Positions 1 to 8,717 of a DNA stretch of 40,909 bases are shown here, in pieces. The translations under genes were made by a program, and so were the position numbers. The notes under the pieces were generated by a model, which was not told the origin of the DNA, did no database searches, and saw nothing but the letters and a program-made list of their open reading frames with translations. Within the stretch, counting starts at the first letter, position 1, and every line of letters starts with the position of its first letter. The stretch spans positions 1 through 40,909 of the forward strand of contig JBHHXT010000025.1 of the NCBI GenBank assembly GCA_046757165.1. The letters are read 5' to 3'. The DNA is from a bacterium (GTDB lineage Bacteria; Zhuqueibacterota; Zhuqueibacteria; Oceanimicrobiales; Oceanimicrobiaceae).

Positions 1-2
1 GC

Positions 3-36
3 AACCTTGCGAAGGTTTCGGAACGTTCGCAAGGTT
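3..36. repeat. REP-like palindrome
   Basis: AACCTTGCGAA (3-13) and TTCGCAAGGTT (26-36) are perfect inverted arms; extragenic, downstream of the 166..1440 gene. Confidence 0.75.
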
Positions 37-49
37 TTAGTTAGATGGC

Positions 50-131
50 CTCACGCAGAGTCCGCAAAGCGTGCAGAGAAATGAAGTACAAAAACAAACA
101 AACTCTGCGAGCTCAGCGGTCTCTGTGTGAG
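50..131. repeat. Long imperfect inverted repeat (REP/MITE-like, CGCAGAG-type)
   Basis: CTCACGCAGAGTCCGCAAAGCGTGCAGAG (50-78) is complementary to CTCTGCGAGCTCAGCGGTCTCTGTGTGAG (103-131), around an A-rich 24-nt loop. Confidence 0.7.
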
Positions 132-165
132 ATTAAGTACAGAAGAGTCTTTACGAATTAGTCTG

Positions 166-1440
166 CTAAGTCTTCCTCTTCTTCTTCTTCGCCGCCGGAA
201 ACAGAATATTATTCAGAATCAGCCGGTACCCTGGCGAGTTCTTGTGCAGGGAAAGCTGAGTCGGTGGGTCATAAACAAAGTGCTGGTAGTCCTCCGGGTC
301 ATGGCCGCCGTAAAAGGTAAAGGTGCCGCGCCCATAATTGCCGTGGATGTACTTGACTTCCTCGGTGCCTTCGACTTCCCCCAGAATCGTCACGGCCTTC
401 TTGATCAGGCTGCGTTTGAACGCCGTCGCCTGGCCCATGAATCCGTGCACCACTGAGACATGATTCTGCGTCAACATCGACGGCACCGGGTCGTATTTGG
501 CGGAAAACTCGAACAGCGTGAAGTAGTCGGCCTCGGCGCTCCGCACGCGCGGCATGTTGCTCGGCGGATAGTCGATGTCCGAGTGCTCATAGACCAGCGG
601 GTTCTGCTCCGGCCGAAAATTCTCGAACGCAAAGGACTTCGAGTAATCCAGCTTCGATTGCGCATCCGGCTCCGGCGGGTCCCCATCAAAGACTGTGGCA
701 ACGATATCCGTGTTCTCCGCTGCCAGCGTGATGTCGATGGTGTCGGTCGCCGAGCACATCGCAAACAGAAAGCCGCCCTTGGCCACATAGTGCTTGATCG
801 CCCGTGCCACAGCCTTTTTCTCCTCCGATACTTTTGAAAAACCCATCCGCTTGGCCAGCTCCTCGTTCTTCAGCACCTGCTCGATGTACCATGGCGCGTT
901 GCGAAAGTTGGCGTAGAACTTGCCGTACTGCCCGGTAAAATCCTCGTGGTGCAGATGCAGCCAGTCATACTTATCCAAATCACCGCGCAGCACCTCCTCG
1001 TCCCACAACGTTTCGTAGGGAATCTCCGCATAGGTCAACGCCAGCGTCACGGCGTCGTCCCACACCTGTTTGTGCGGCGGCGTATAGACGGCCACTTTCG
1101 GCGCCTTCTCCAGCAAAACCACATCCATGTTGTTCTGTTCGATTTCAGCGTAGATCTGCGTCGCAGCAGACGCGCTGATATTGTCGAACGTCACGCCGCG
1201 CAGCCTGAGCTCACGCTCGACCGCCGTGTAGTGGTCGACCAGAAACGAGCCGCCCCGGTAATTGATCAGCCACTCGACGTTGATGGTGCGCTCCAGGCAC
1301 CAGAAGGCGACACCGTACGCTTTCAGATGGTCGGTTTGCTTCAAGTCCATGGGAATGAGGATTTTTTGGGCCAGGACGGGATGAACGGTGAGCGTGAGAA
1401 TCAAAAACGTAAGTTGCCGAACAGAGTTGAACTTCTTCAT
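166..1440 (-). CDS. Exported conserved protein with class I glutamine-amidotransferase-like fold (FCB family commonly mislabelled 'asparagine synthetase B')
   Basis: 424 aa; signal peptide ending VLA-Q; motifs HLKAYG, LHLHHEDFTGQYGKF, GGFLFAMCSATD, TFYGGHDPED; G-rich RBS upstream. Confidence 0.75.
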   Translation of the reverse strand: MKKFNSVRQLTFLILTLTVHPVLAQKILIPMDLKQTDHLKAYGVAFWCLERTINVEWLINYRGGSFLVDHYTAVERELRLRGVTFDNISASAATQIYAEIEQNNMDVVLLEKAPKVAVYTPPHKQVWDDAVTLALTYAEIPYETLWDEEVLRGDLDKYDWLHLHHEDFTGQYGKFYANFRNAPWYIEQVLKNEELAKRMGFSKVSEEKKAVARAIKHYVAKGGFLFAMCSATDTIDITLAAENTDIVATVFDGDPPEPDAQSKLDYSKSFAFENFRPEQNPLVYEHSDIDYPPSNMPRVRSAEADYFTLFEFSAKYDPVPSMLTQNHVSVVHGFMGQATAFKRSLIKKAVTILGEVEGTEEVKYIHGNYGRGTFTFYGGHDPEDYQHFVYDPPTQLSLHKNSPGYRLILNNILFPAAKKKKRKT

Positions 1441-1519
1441 GCTGCCATCACCCCCTATTCCTTTTTCTGTACATCTTCATATTCTAAGCTCATTCTATCC
1501 GTGTTCAATCCGTACTACC

Positions 1520-3403
1520 TCAATTATTCAACCGCCTCTCATGCAGCGTCCGCAACCTCATCCTCACCTCCTCGACATACAAACTGTTCGGATACTCGAT
1601 CAAGACCTTCTCATATGCCTCATACGCCTTCTGCAAATCCCCCAGCCGGCCTTCGTAGATCTCAGCAATCCGCTTCTGCGCCAGCGCATTGTACACACTC
1701 TCGGAATGCTCTTGTAGCAGCAGGGCAAAATAATCGATCGCCGCGACGTAGTTCTCGCGCTGGTGCTCCAGCTCGGCCAGCTCCATCAGGGTTTCATCCA
1801 CCACACCGGCCGAAGGGTAGGTGGCCAGCACGTGTTTCAAACTGGTGATCGCCTCGGCATAGTTTCGTTGCAGCTTGAGCTTCTGGGCCTCGCCATAGGC
1901 CTGCAGCGCAGCCTCAGCAGCGCCTCGATTCTCCTCGATGAGAAATATCAGCTCCAGGGCGTCGTTGACAAAATCCTGCTCCGTGTCCGGCTGGCCGAGT
2001 TTTTCCGTCACTTTGTTGAGCGATTCCAGTGCCTTGTCATACTCGCCCATGACAAAGTAGAGATAGGCGATTTTGTAATCCGCCTGGTCGCGCAGCGGCG
2101 AGCCCGCGCGCGTCAGGCTGGCAGCGCGTTGGTACCAGACCCGCGCCAGATCAAACGTGCCCTTGGCGGCATAGCAGTCACCGATGCGAAAATACGCCTG
2201 CCGCGCCTTGTTACCGGTCGGGTATTTCTGAATGACAGCATGATACGCCTCGAGCGCTTTATCGAGCTCGAAAAGGTCGACAAAATAGATTTCCCCCATC
2301 TGAAACATGGCGTTCTGGGCCCACGGCGATCGCCTGTCGAGCTGCACCAACTCTTCCAGTTTCTCCAGGGCTTGCGCCGAAAGACCTTGTTTCTGCTTCG
2401 CCATGGCGATGCCGTACAGGGCACGCACCCTGAAAGGGGATCTCGCATACTTGCTCAGAATCAGATTGAACGCCTGCTCGGCGAACTGGAGCTGATTGGC
2501 ATTCAGCGCCTTTTCAGCAAAGAAATAGAGCTCCTTGCCAGAACTATTTTTCCTCGGCACAGTCGGCGGCTCCATGCTCTCGAGCATCTTGAACTGCTCC
2601 ATTGCCCGAGAGAACGCTTCAATGCGCAGATAAAGGTCGGCAAGCAGCTTTCTCACCAGATACTTATGCTTATGCCGTGGCAGATGGCTCGCCAGAATTT
2701 CCGCCACCAGACGCGCATTTTCAGGATCTTTCGTATACTTGACGATGCGACTCTCAACATAAGCAAACTGATTGGGGTTGCGCTCCAGGTGCTTGAGATA
2801 TTCCACAGTCGCTTCCTTGTATTTCAGCCGAAGGACATAGATATTCGCCAATTCAAAAACAAACAAACTCTCCTGGTTGAAATGTTGCCGTCCTTTTTGG
2901 TAGACCTCGATAGCCTCGTCGTACATCCGGTTGCGTATCATCGCGTTGGCGATGTAGCTATAACCGGGTTTCTGGTCGGCATAACGAGTCAACGCCTCCT
3001 GCCAGACCCCGGCGGCGCGCTCATGCTGACCCTGCTTGTAGTAAACATTGCCCAAATCCGCATAAAAGCGCACGCCATTCGTCCTGGCTATTTGCGCCTG
3101 GATAATTTCCACCAGCTCATCGAATCGCTTCAGCCGAATCATGTTGCGCTTCACCCCCTCGTAGTAGAGCTGGTTTCTCGGCACCTGCTCGTACAGGTTG
3201 CGGTAAACTTGCAGCGCGGCCACATAGTTGCCCCGGCGTTCATAGTCTTGCGCCAGGCGAATACGACTCTGCTCGGGGTTCGGCCTCCCCTTGATGACCT
3301 GTTGCGAATAAAGCTGCCCCGGCGCTGCCGCAAGCAGCAAAGCCACAAAAACCAAAAAGAGGCCAGCCAACACCGCCGCGCGAAAAAAGCGCACACACGT
3401 CAT
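1520..3403 (-). CDS. Exported tetratricopeptide-repeat protein
   Basis: Many TPR/BamD-like repeats (e.g. AMFQMGEIYF..ALEAYHAVIQKYP, AYFRIGDCY); hydrophobic signal segment follows ATG 3403. The 140-codon upstream ORF extension is a GC-rich repeat and is unlikely to be coding. Confidence 0.8.
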   Translation of the reverse strand: MTCVRFFRAAVLAGLFLVFVALLLAAAPGQLYSQQVIKGRPNPEQSRIRLAQDYERRGNYVAALQVYRNLYEQVPRNQLYYEGVKRNMIRLKRFDELVEIIQAQIARTNGVRFYADLGNVYYKQGQHERAAGVWQEALTRYADQKPGYSYIANAMIRNRMYDEAIEVYQKGRQHFNQESLFVFELANIYVLRLKYKEATVEYLKHLERNPNQFAYVESRIVKYTKDPENARLVAEILASHLPRHKHKYLVRKLLADLYLRIEAFSRAMEQFKMLESMEPPTVPRKNSSGKELYFFAEKALNANQLQFAEQAFNLILSKYARSPFRVRALYGIAMAKQKQGLSAQALEKLEELVQLDRRSPWAQNAMFQMGEIYFVDLFELDKALEAYHAVIQKYPTGNKARQAYFRIGDCYAAKGTFDLARVWYQRAASLTRAGSPLRDQADYKIAYLYFVMGEYDKALESLNKVTEKLGQPDTEQDFVNDALELIFLIEENRGAAEAALQAYGEAQKLKLQRNYAEAITSLKHVLATYPSAGVVDETLMELAELEHQRENYVAAIDYFALLLQEHSESVYNALAQKRIAEIYEGRLGDLQKAYEAYEKVLIEYPNSLYVEEVRMRLRTLHERRLNN

Positions 3404-3430
3404 CAGCCCGTCGGCATCCGCTTGCTGAAA

Positions 3431-3794
3431 GGGCCGCTCCGGCCTCCTCGCCCCGCGATGGAACGCCGCGTGACGCCTCCCGCCGCAACCCGAAGACCGA
3501 CGCCCACGCCAGGTGTCCCGAACCCGCGCGGGGCTGCGGGGGCCTCCGCGGGCTGCGCGCGCCTCCTCGCCCGCGCCCGGAACGGCACCTGCACCGCCCT
3601 GGCAAAAGCTCAGCGGGTCCATCAAGCTCAGTGCGGCTAGGCACGGCGCAGGACTGCGGGGTCGCGCTCCGCGGCTCCGCGCGCCTCCTCGGCCCGCGCC
3701 AGAGAACAAGCGCGAGAGCGCCCTCACACCCTCCCGGAACAAACCGGGTTCAGTGCGCCCAACAATCGCGCGGGCCTGCGGGGTCGCCCTCCGC
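3431..3794. repeat. GC-rich degenerate tandem array, about 121-bp period, 3 units with palindromic conserved arms
   Basis: GCCTCCTCG at 3442/3561/3683; CTGCGGGG at 3534/3654/3776; internal blocks GAAC, CGCCCT and TCAGTGCG recur at matching offsets. Confidence 0.75.
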
Positions 3795-3850
3795 ATCGTT
3801 TCATGAAAGATCAATCTCTGCATATCCCAAGAAATTAAACTGAACCTGAA

Positions 3851-3900
3851 TAATTCACATGGCTTTCTCTTCGCGTTCTTCGCGCCTTTGCGGTGAATTA
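3851..3900. repeat. REP-like remnant (CTTCGCG short repeats)
   Basis: CTTCGCGTTCTTCGCGCCTTTGCGGTGAA bounded by inverted TAATTCAC (3851-3858) and GTGAATTA (3893-3900). Confidence 0.55.
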
Positions 3901-3945
3901 GCTAACAGCTCATTTTGCATCTTCATTCTTGATTCTTTGCATTCG

Positions 3946-6900
3946 TCAGTTCTCCACGCCCTGTTCCTGTTCACTCGCCAGCGCCTCAAAATACTTCTGA
4001 ATCAGCTCCTTGTAATCCTTCGAATACCCCTCCTTCATCGCCTTCAACAGCTCGTTCTTCAACCGCTCCTTCTCCGCATCCGCCAATTCCGGCAGCGTGG
4101 CCGGACTGAGGGTCTGGTAACTCTTGCCGGTCTCGGCCCGCCGTTTCCGGCTGTAGTCCCGGTCGTGCATGGAACGCTGCGCGTCCAGCAGCCGCGAAAG
4201 AATCCGTTTCTGCCGGTTATAGGTGTTGTTGTTGACCTTCTTTTTCTGCAAATCTTCAACGACTTTCTGCATATCCTCGCCCACCTTCTCCAGGTCGCCG
4301 AGCACCTCCGAGCGTTTGCCCGCCTCCCGCATGAGCTGCTCCAGCGACTTGCGCACCGCGGCCTGCTCCGCTGCCAGCCGCTGCATGCCGGCTTGCTGCT
4401 GCATGGTCAGGCCGCCCTGCTCACCGCCCATCCCCTGCGTGCGTTGGTTGATGCCCTGCTGCTGGCCGGAAAGTCCCATCAGGCGCTCCATCATCTCCTG
4501 GAACCCGATGCCCGAAGAGGCACCGCTCAGACTCTGCATCGAGCTGCGAAGGTGAGAAGCCGCCTCGTTCAACCCCGCCATCGCCTGCCCCTGCTCCTTC
4601 CCTGACTTACCGGGATTTCGCGCCTCCAGGCCCTCGAGAGATTCCTGCATCCCGTGCTGCGCGTTGCCCAAAGCTTTGCCAATGTCAGAAGTGACAAAAA
4701 AGGTGTTTTGTGACAGCTCGTAAAGCTGCTGCGTAATGCGGTTCAGTCCCGAGAGCAAACCCTGCTGTTTGTTTGCCGTCTCCCCGAGCCCCGGTGTGTT
4801 ACGGTCCGAGCTGCGGGTTGACTGCATCAAGCTCTCCTGTTGCTTTGACAAGTCGAGGAGATCGTGAGAGGACCGCTTCAAGGCCTGCATGATCTGCTGT
4901 TTCTGCTGCTGCGAAAGCTGCTCCTGTGCCTGTTGCAAGGACTGCAGGGCCTGCTGCAACCCCTGCGAGATGCGCTGTCCGCTCTGCTGCGCCGATTGCA
5001 TCTGGCCAGATTGGAATTGCGACGCCGCTTGCTCCATCTGCTCCTGCAGGCCGGATTCGCTGATCTGGCTCTGCGCTGCATCTATCTGCTCCTGTGGCAT
5101 CTGCGGAAACTCGCTCATCTTGTTTTTCAAATCCTCCAAATCCTGTTCCAGCCCGCCCGTGTCCTGCCGGATGCCACGCTGCTGCTGTGCGTATTTCTCC
5201 TGCTTAGCGGCATCGGGCGAGTTGTCGGCCTGCTTGTTCAGCTCCTCCTGCCGGCGCAGCAAGTCTTGCGCCTTGCGAATGGACTCATCCAGCTTCTGCT
5301 CCACTTGCAGCTTCTTGAGCAGATTCAAGGTGCGCTCCATGCTGCGCAAAAAATCCTCCTGGGTCGCGGAAAATTTTTCCATCGCTTCCTTGAGCTGCTT
5401 CGGGTCCAGCTCCGCCATCGACTCCTGCAGCTTTTGCAACGTCTCCTTCATCTCCTCGCTCAGCATCTCCTCCATCAGAGACTGCAGCTCGCGATACTTC
5501 TCCAGGGTCTCCGGAGAGATCAGGTCGTTTTGTTCCATCCGCGTGACCATTTCGTCGAGCTTTTCTTGCAACTGCTCCAGCTCCTCCCGCATCTTGCCCT
5601 GCGCTTGCGCGGCCTCCTGGACTTCCTGCTTTTCTTCCCAATCGAGCTCCGGATCGCGCTTCATCTGCTGCACGACTTCATCGACGGTTTCTTTCAGCGC
5701 TTTGCTCTCCTCATAAAGCTCCTCCAGTTCTTCAAAGGTCTCCTCGTGCTCTTCTGTGACCTCCTCGTACAGCTCATAAATCGAAGGAAAGCGCACGCGG
5801 TAGGTCAGGCTGCGCGAGCTCTTCGGTCCGGAGACCGTATCATTATCAAACGCCTCTGCGAAGTAGAGGATGATGTCCTCGGGATAGATATTCAGCTCGG
5901 AAAGGTCCCAATTGTGGTTGGTGAGAAGCTTGTCCGGAGTTGAGCGCGCCAGCGGGAGCTCCAGATAGTCCAGTCCACTTTCATGAACGCCCTGCCGCAG
6001 GATTTGATAGCCGATCCGCAGTTTCGAGATGCCAAAGTCATCCTGCGCCTCAATGCTCAACGGCAGCAGCATGTCCTTGTTCAGATCCACATCCTGCCCG
6101 GGAAACGGGACTTCAACGATCGGAAACAGATCGTCAACCAGGGACACGCGATATTCGATCGGCGCCTCGTTGCTGAGACCTTGCCGGTCTGTCAACTCAA
6201 TGTGGTAGCTGCCGCTGCGGGTCAGCGTAAATTTTCCGGAGAGCCCCTGCCCTGAAATCTCGAGCGGCGCGTGCGACTGATCGTCAAAAACAATGGTGGC
6301 GACCCCAACCGTCTTGTTGGTTTGCAAAGAGAGCACCACTTTCGTCCCCTTGAGCGCGGAAATATCCCCGACGTTTTCGTCCAGGAGCTGGCTCCCGAGT
6401 CTTGAATATGACGGATAGCTCAGCTTTGCCTGCAGGCTGCGCACGAACGGCCTCTCGATGACAGAAATCGAGAATTCATCGCTGTGGAAACCGTTCGCGG
6501 CCAGATAGTACGCCTTATTGTTGATCACATTCTCGAGCCGGTATGAAAATCTCCGGTCCCCGCTGGCCGAAAGGACATACCGGTCAAACTCGCTCGCCGC
6601 CTCGTTTTTGACGAACAGCTCTACTTCTGCCAGGTCCGCCCCGCGCACTGCCGCGCTGATATCCACCGTCTCCCCCTTCACCACCTCGGCATCCCCCGGT
6701 GTGACTTCAAAGATGAGGCCGATTTCATGCACAAATTTCCGGGCAGGATGGGTTAGCCGGTAGGAGGCACTCGTTAACGACGATGAAAAAAGGACGAAGA
6801 TAAGCACGCTCACAGCGACAGTCGTCAGGAGCCACCTGAACATCTTCTTCACCGGCTGCAAACTGACCACCGACTCGAAATCCAGCTCCCGGGTTTCCTC

Positions 6901-7326
6901 ATGCACGGCGGCTAACGACTTGTCCGCCAGCTCGAGTGAGTACCCCTCGCGATTCTCCTCATGCTTGTGAAACACTTGCAGGGCGTCGGCCAGCCGATCC
7001 CGGATTTGGGAGAACTGGTTCCCCACCTCCAACGCCAGGTGAATGTCGTCTGGAGAATCCGGACGAAACAGAAGAAAAAACAGTGGTCGAGCAACAAACC
7101 AGAGCAACGCTCCAATGCTCAGGAAAGAGCCAGCAGCAAGGAGAAGGAAACGGCCCGGGCTGCTCAAATGAAAAACAGCCTCCAACACAAGCGCCAACAT
7201 GGTCGCCGAGGTCAACAGAATCAGCAAAATCAGCGCGCCTTTCCCGGCATCCAGGCGCTTCTCCCGCTTCCTCAACGTGTTCAATCGCCGGACTAAAGAG
7301 TGATAGGCCTGCTCATACTTGCTCAT
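3946..7326 (-). CDS. DUF4175-family large membrane-anchored coiled-coil protein
   Basis: About 1126 aa; three N-terminal hydrophobic segments, beta-rich middle (AQDDFGISKL, AFDNDTVSGPK), Q/E-rich coiled-coil C-half ending RQKRILSRLL..YKELIQKYF; GAGG RBS before ATG 7326. Confidence 0.8.
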   Translation of the reverse strand: MSKYEQAYHSLVRRLNTLRKREKRLDAGKGALILLILLTSATMLALVLEAVFHLSSPGRFLLLAAGSFLSIGALLWFVARPLFFLLFRPDSPDDIHLALEVGNQFSQIRDRLADALQVFHKHEENREGYSLELADKSLAAVHEETRELDFESVVSLQPVKKMFRWLLTTVAVSVLIFVLFSSSLTSASYRLTHPARKFVHEIGLIFEVTPGDAEVVKGETVDISAAVRGADLAEVELFVKNEAASEFDRYVLSASGDRRFSYRLENVINNKAYYLAANGFHSDEFSISVIERPFVRSLQAKLSYPSYSRLGSQLLDENVGDISALKGTKVVLSLQTNKTVGVATIVFDDQSHAPLEISGQGLSGKFTLTRSGSYHIELTDRQGLSNEAPIEYRVSLVDDLFPIVEVPFPGQDVDLNKDMLLPLSIEAQDDFGISKLRIGYQILRQGVHESGLDYLELPLARSTPDKLLTNHNWDLSELNIYPEDIILYFAEAFDNDTVSGPKSSRSLTYRVRFPSIYELYEEVTEEHEETFEELEELYEESKALKETVDEVVQQMKRDPELDWEEKQEVQEAAQAQGKMREELEQLQEKLDEMVTRMEQNDLISPETLEKYRELQSLMEEMLSEEMKETLQKLQESMAELDPKQLKEAMEKFSATQEDFLRSMERTLNLLKKLQVEQKLDESIRKAQDLLRRQEELNKQADNSPDAAKQEKYAQQQRGIRQDTGGLEQDLEDLKNKMSEFPQMPQEQIDAAQSQISESGLQEQMEQAASQFQSGQMQSAQQSGQRISQGLQQALQSLQQAQEQLSQQQKQQIMQALKRSSHDLLDLSKQQESLMQSTRSSDRNTPGLGETANKQQGLLSGLNRITQQLYELSQNTFFVTSDIGKALGNAQHGMQESLEGLEARNPGKSGKEQGQAMAGLNEAASHLRSSMQSLSGASSGIGFQEMMERLMGLSGQQQGINQRTQGMGGEQGGLTMQQQAGMQRLAAEQAAVRKSLEQLMREAGKRSEVLGDLEKVGEDMQKVVEDLQKKKVNNNTYNRQKRILSRLLDAQRSMHDRDYSRKRRAETGKSYQTLSPATLPELADAEKERLKNELLKAMKEGYSKDYKELIQKYFEALASEQEQGVEN

Positions 7327-7333
7327 CGGCACC

Positions 7334-8002
7334 TCAGTTGGTCAAAGCGTAAACGACAATGTTTGTGCCCATCTCGAACGCTCTCTGTCGCACTTCGGGC
7401 GGGTCGTTGTGGACATTGGCGTCTGCCCAGCCGTCGGAAATGTTGGTATTGAAGGTATAGAATACAACCATCCGGCCTTCGTGGAAAATTCCGTAACTCT
7501 TGGGCGGACCACCGTCATGCTCATGAATCTTTGGAGAGCCGTCCGGAAAACGGAAATGGCTGTGAAAGATTTCATGCGAAAACGGAAGCTCGACCAGCTT
7601 TTCGGCCGGGAAAACTTTTTTGATCTCCTGGCGAAAACTTTTGTCCATCCCGTAGTCGTCGTCCGCGTACAGAAAGCCACCGGCGCTCAAATAGGCTCGT
7701 AAGCGCTCAGCCTCCATCTTCGAAAAGGACACCTTGCCATGTCCGGTCATGAAGATCAATGGATAGGAAAACAAATCCTCGTCCATAATCTCCACCACCG
7801 CCTCGTTTCTGCCAACATCCACGTTGGTGTTGTTGGCCATGAACTTCAGCAGATTCGGGATGATGGAGGGGTCGTTGTACCAATCACCGCCGCCGCTGTA
7901 CTTCAGCCGCGCCAGGATGAACTCGCTCCTGGCATTTCTCGACTGGCTGCAAAGCACTGCGGGGAGAAGCAAGATGAGGCAAAGTTTTAGAAACAGCTTC
8001 AT
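7334..8002 (-). CDS. DUF4159 domain exported protein
   Basis: Signal peptide; motifs ARLKYSGGGDWY, YPLIFMTGHG, GGFLYADDDYG, KIHEHDG, MGTNIVVYAL. Confidence 0.85.
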   Translation of the reverse strand: MKLFLKLCLILLLPAVLCSQSRNARSEFILARLKYSGGGDWYNDPSIIPNLLKFMANNTNVDVGRNEAVVEIMDEDLFSYPLIFMTGHGKVSFSKMEAERLRAYLSAGGFLYADDDYGMDKSFRQEIKKVFPAEKLVELPFSHEIFHSHFRFPDGSPKIHEHDGGPPKSYGIFHEGRMVVFYTFNTNISDGWADANVHNDPPEVRQRAFEMGTNIVVYALTN

Positions 8003-8063
8003 TGAAGATTTTCAGTTTGTTTTTGCGTCGGCCTATTTTGGTAGTCTTTACAGTAAGCAGCCC

Positions 8064-8138
8064 ATAACGGATTCGTTCCAAATATGTTATCTTATGAAAT
8101 CCATAAGAATCTGTGTTTTATCAGTGTAAATCCGTGGC
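8064..8138. repeat. REP-like remnant (ATCCGTG-type short repeats)
   Basis: ATCTGTGTTT-T-ATCAGTGTA-A-ATCCGTGGC (8109-8138) with partial inverted arm ACGGATT near 8067-8073; related ATCCGTGTTCAATCCGT at 1497-1513. Confidence 0.55.
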
Positions 8139-8204
8139 CCAAAAGGGAACGGGTCTTTGAGAGAGTATCCAACAAAGGCTGACTTTGCGCAATCATCGGC
8201 TCCG

Positions 8205-8717
8205 CTACGAATAAACTCTCACCCCCACCATCACCACCATGGCTGTCGCCGCCGCAATCTTCGTCACCTTGCCCCCCAGCGTCCCCAGGAAGGCACCGAA
8301 CCCCACCCGCAATGCTTTATCCCAATCTTTTGTCACCGAGTATTCAAAAACCGCTGCCCCGGCAAAGGCGCCCGCAAACGCGCCAACCAGCGTGCCGATA
8401 AGCGGAAGCAATGACGTGCCCCAGATCGCGCCGAATATCCCCCCTAGAATGGCCCCAAACATCGCCGTTCGCGAGCCGCCGTATTTGCCGGCCGCAGCCG
8501 CACCAATAAAGAACTCCAACCCCTCGGCTGCAAGCGCGATGAACAACAGCACGCCGAGCATGCCCCACGTCACCTGCGCAAACCCCGTCAGCCAGCCGTA
8601 AACCAGAGCGTTGCAAACGATGATAAAGGTGCCTGGAATGCCAATGGGGATAATGAGGATGCTGGTCACCATGACCAGCCAAAAGAGAATGTGGCCCAGA
8701 ACCTCGAGGACGATCAT
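8205..8717 (-). CDS. DUF456 family membrane protein
   Basis: Hydrophobic Gly-rich protein (IPGT, AGKYGGSR, GAILGGIFG, GAFAGAFAG); ATG at 8717 overlaps the upstream stop (ATGA). Confidence 0.8.
   Translation of the reverse strand: MIVLEVLGHILFWLVMVTSILIIPIGIPGTFIIVCNALVYGWLTGFAQVTWGMLGVLLFIALAAEGLEFFIGAAAAGKYGGSRTAMFGAILGGIFGAIWGTSLLPLIGTLVGAFAGAFAGAAVFEYSVTKDWDKALRVGFGAFLGTLGGKVTKIAAATAMVVMVGVRVYS

Noticed and set aside
1763..3640. 625-aa plus-strand ORF
   Set aside because: Antisense shadow of the TPR gene with no recognisable motifs
3431..3794. CRISPR array, RNase P RNA or SRP RNA
   Set aside because: Repeats are degenerate with about 121-bp period and no cas genes; the RNase P GAGGAAAGTCC and SRP CAGG..GGAA..AGCAG motifs were not seen
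3404..3823. 140-codon N-terminal extension of the TPR ORF
   Set aside because: Low-complexity R/G/A/P translation of the GC-rich array, and it precedes an evident signal peptide; staying open is expected at this GC content
4864..5943. Leu-rich and Cys/Ser-rich plus-strand ORFs (4864..5943, 4889..5716)
   Set aside because: Reverse complement of CAG/GAG-rich coiled-coil codons in DUF4175; not a real Cys-rich protein or DNA repeat
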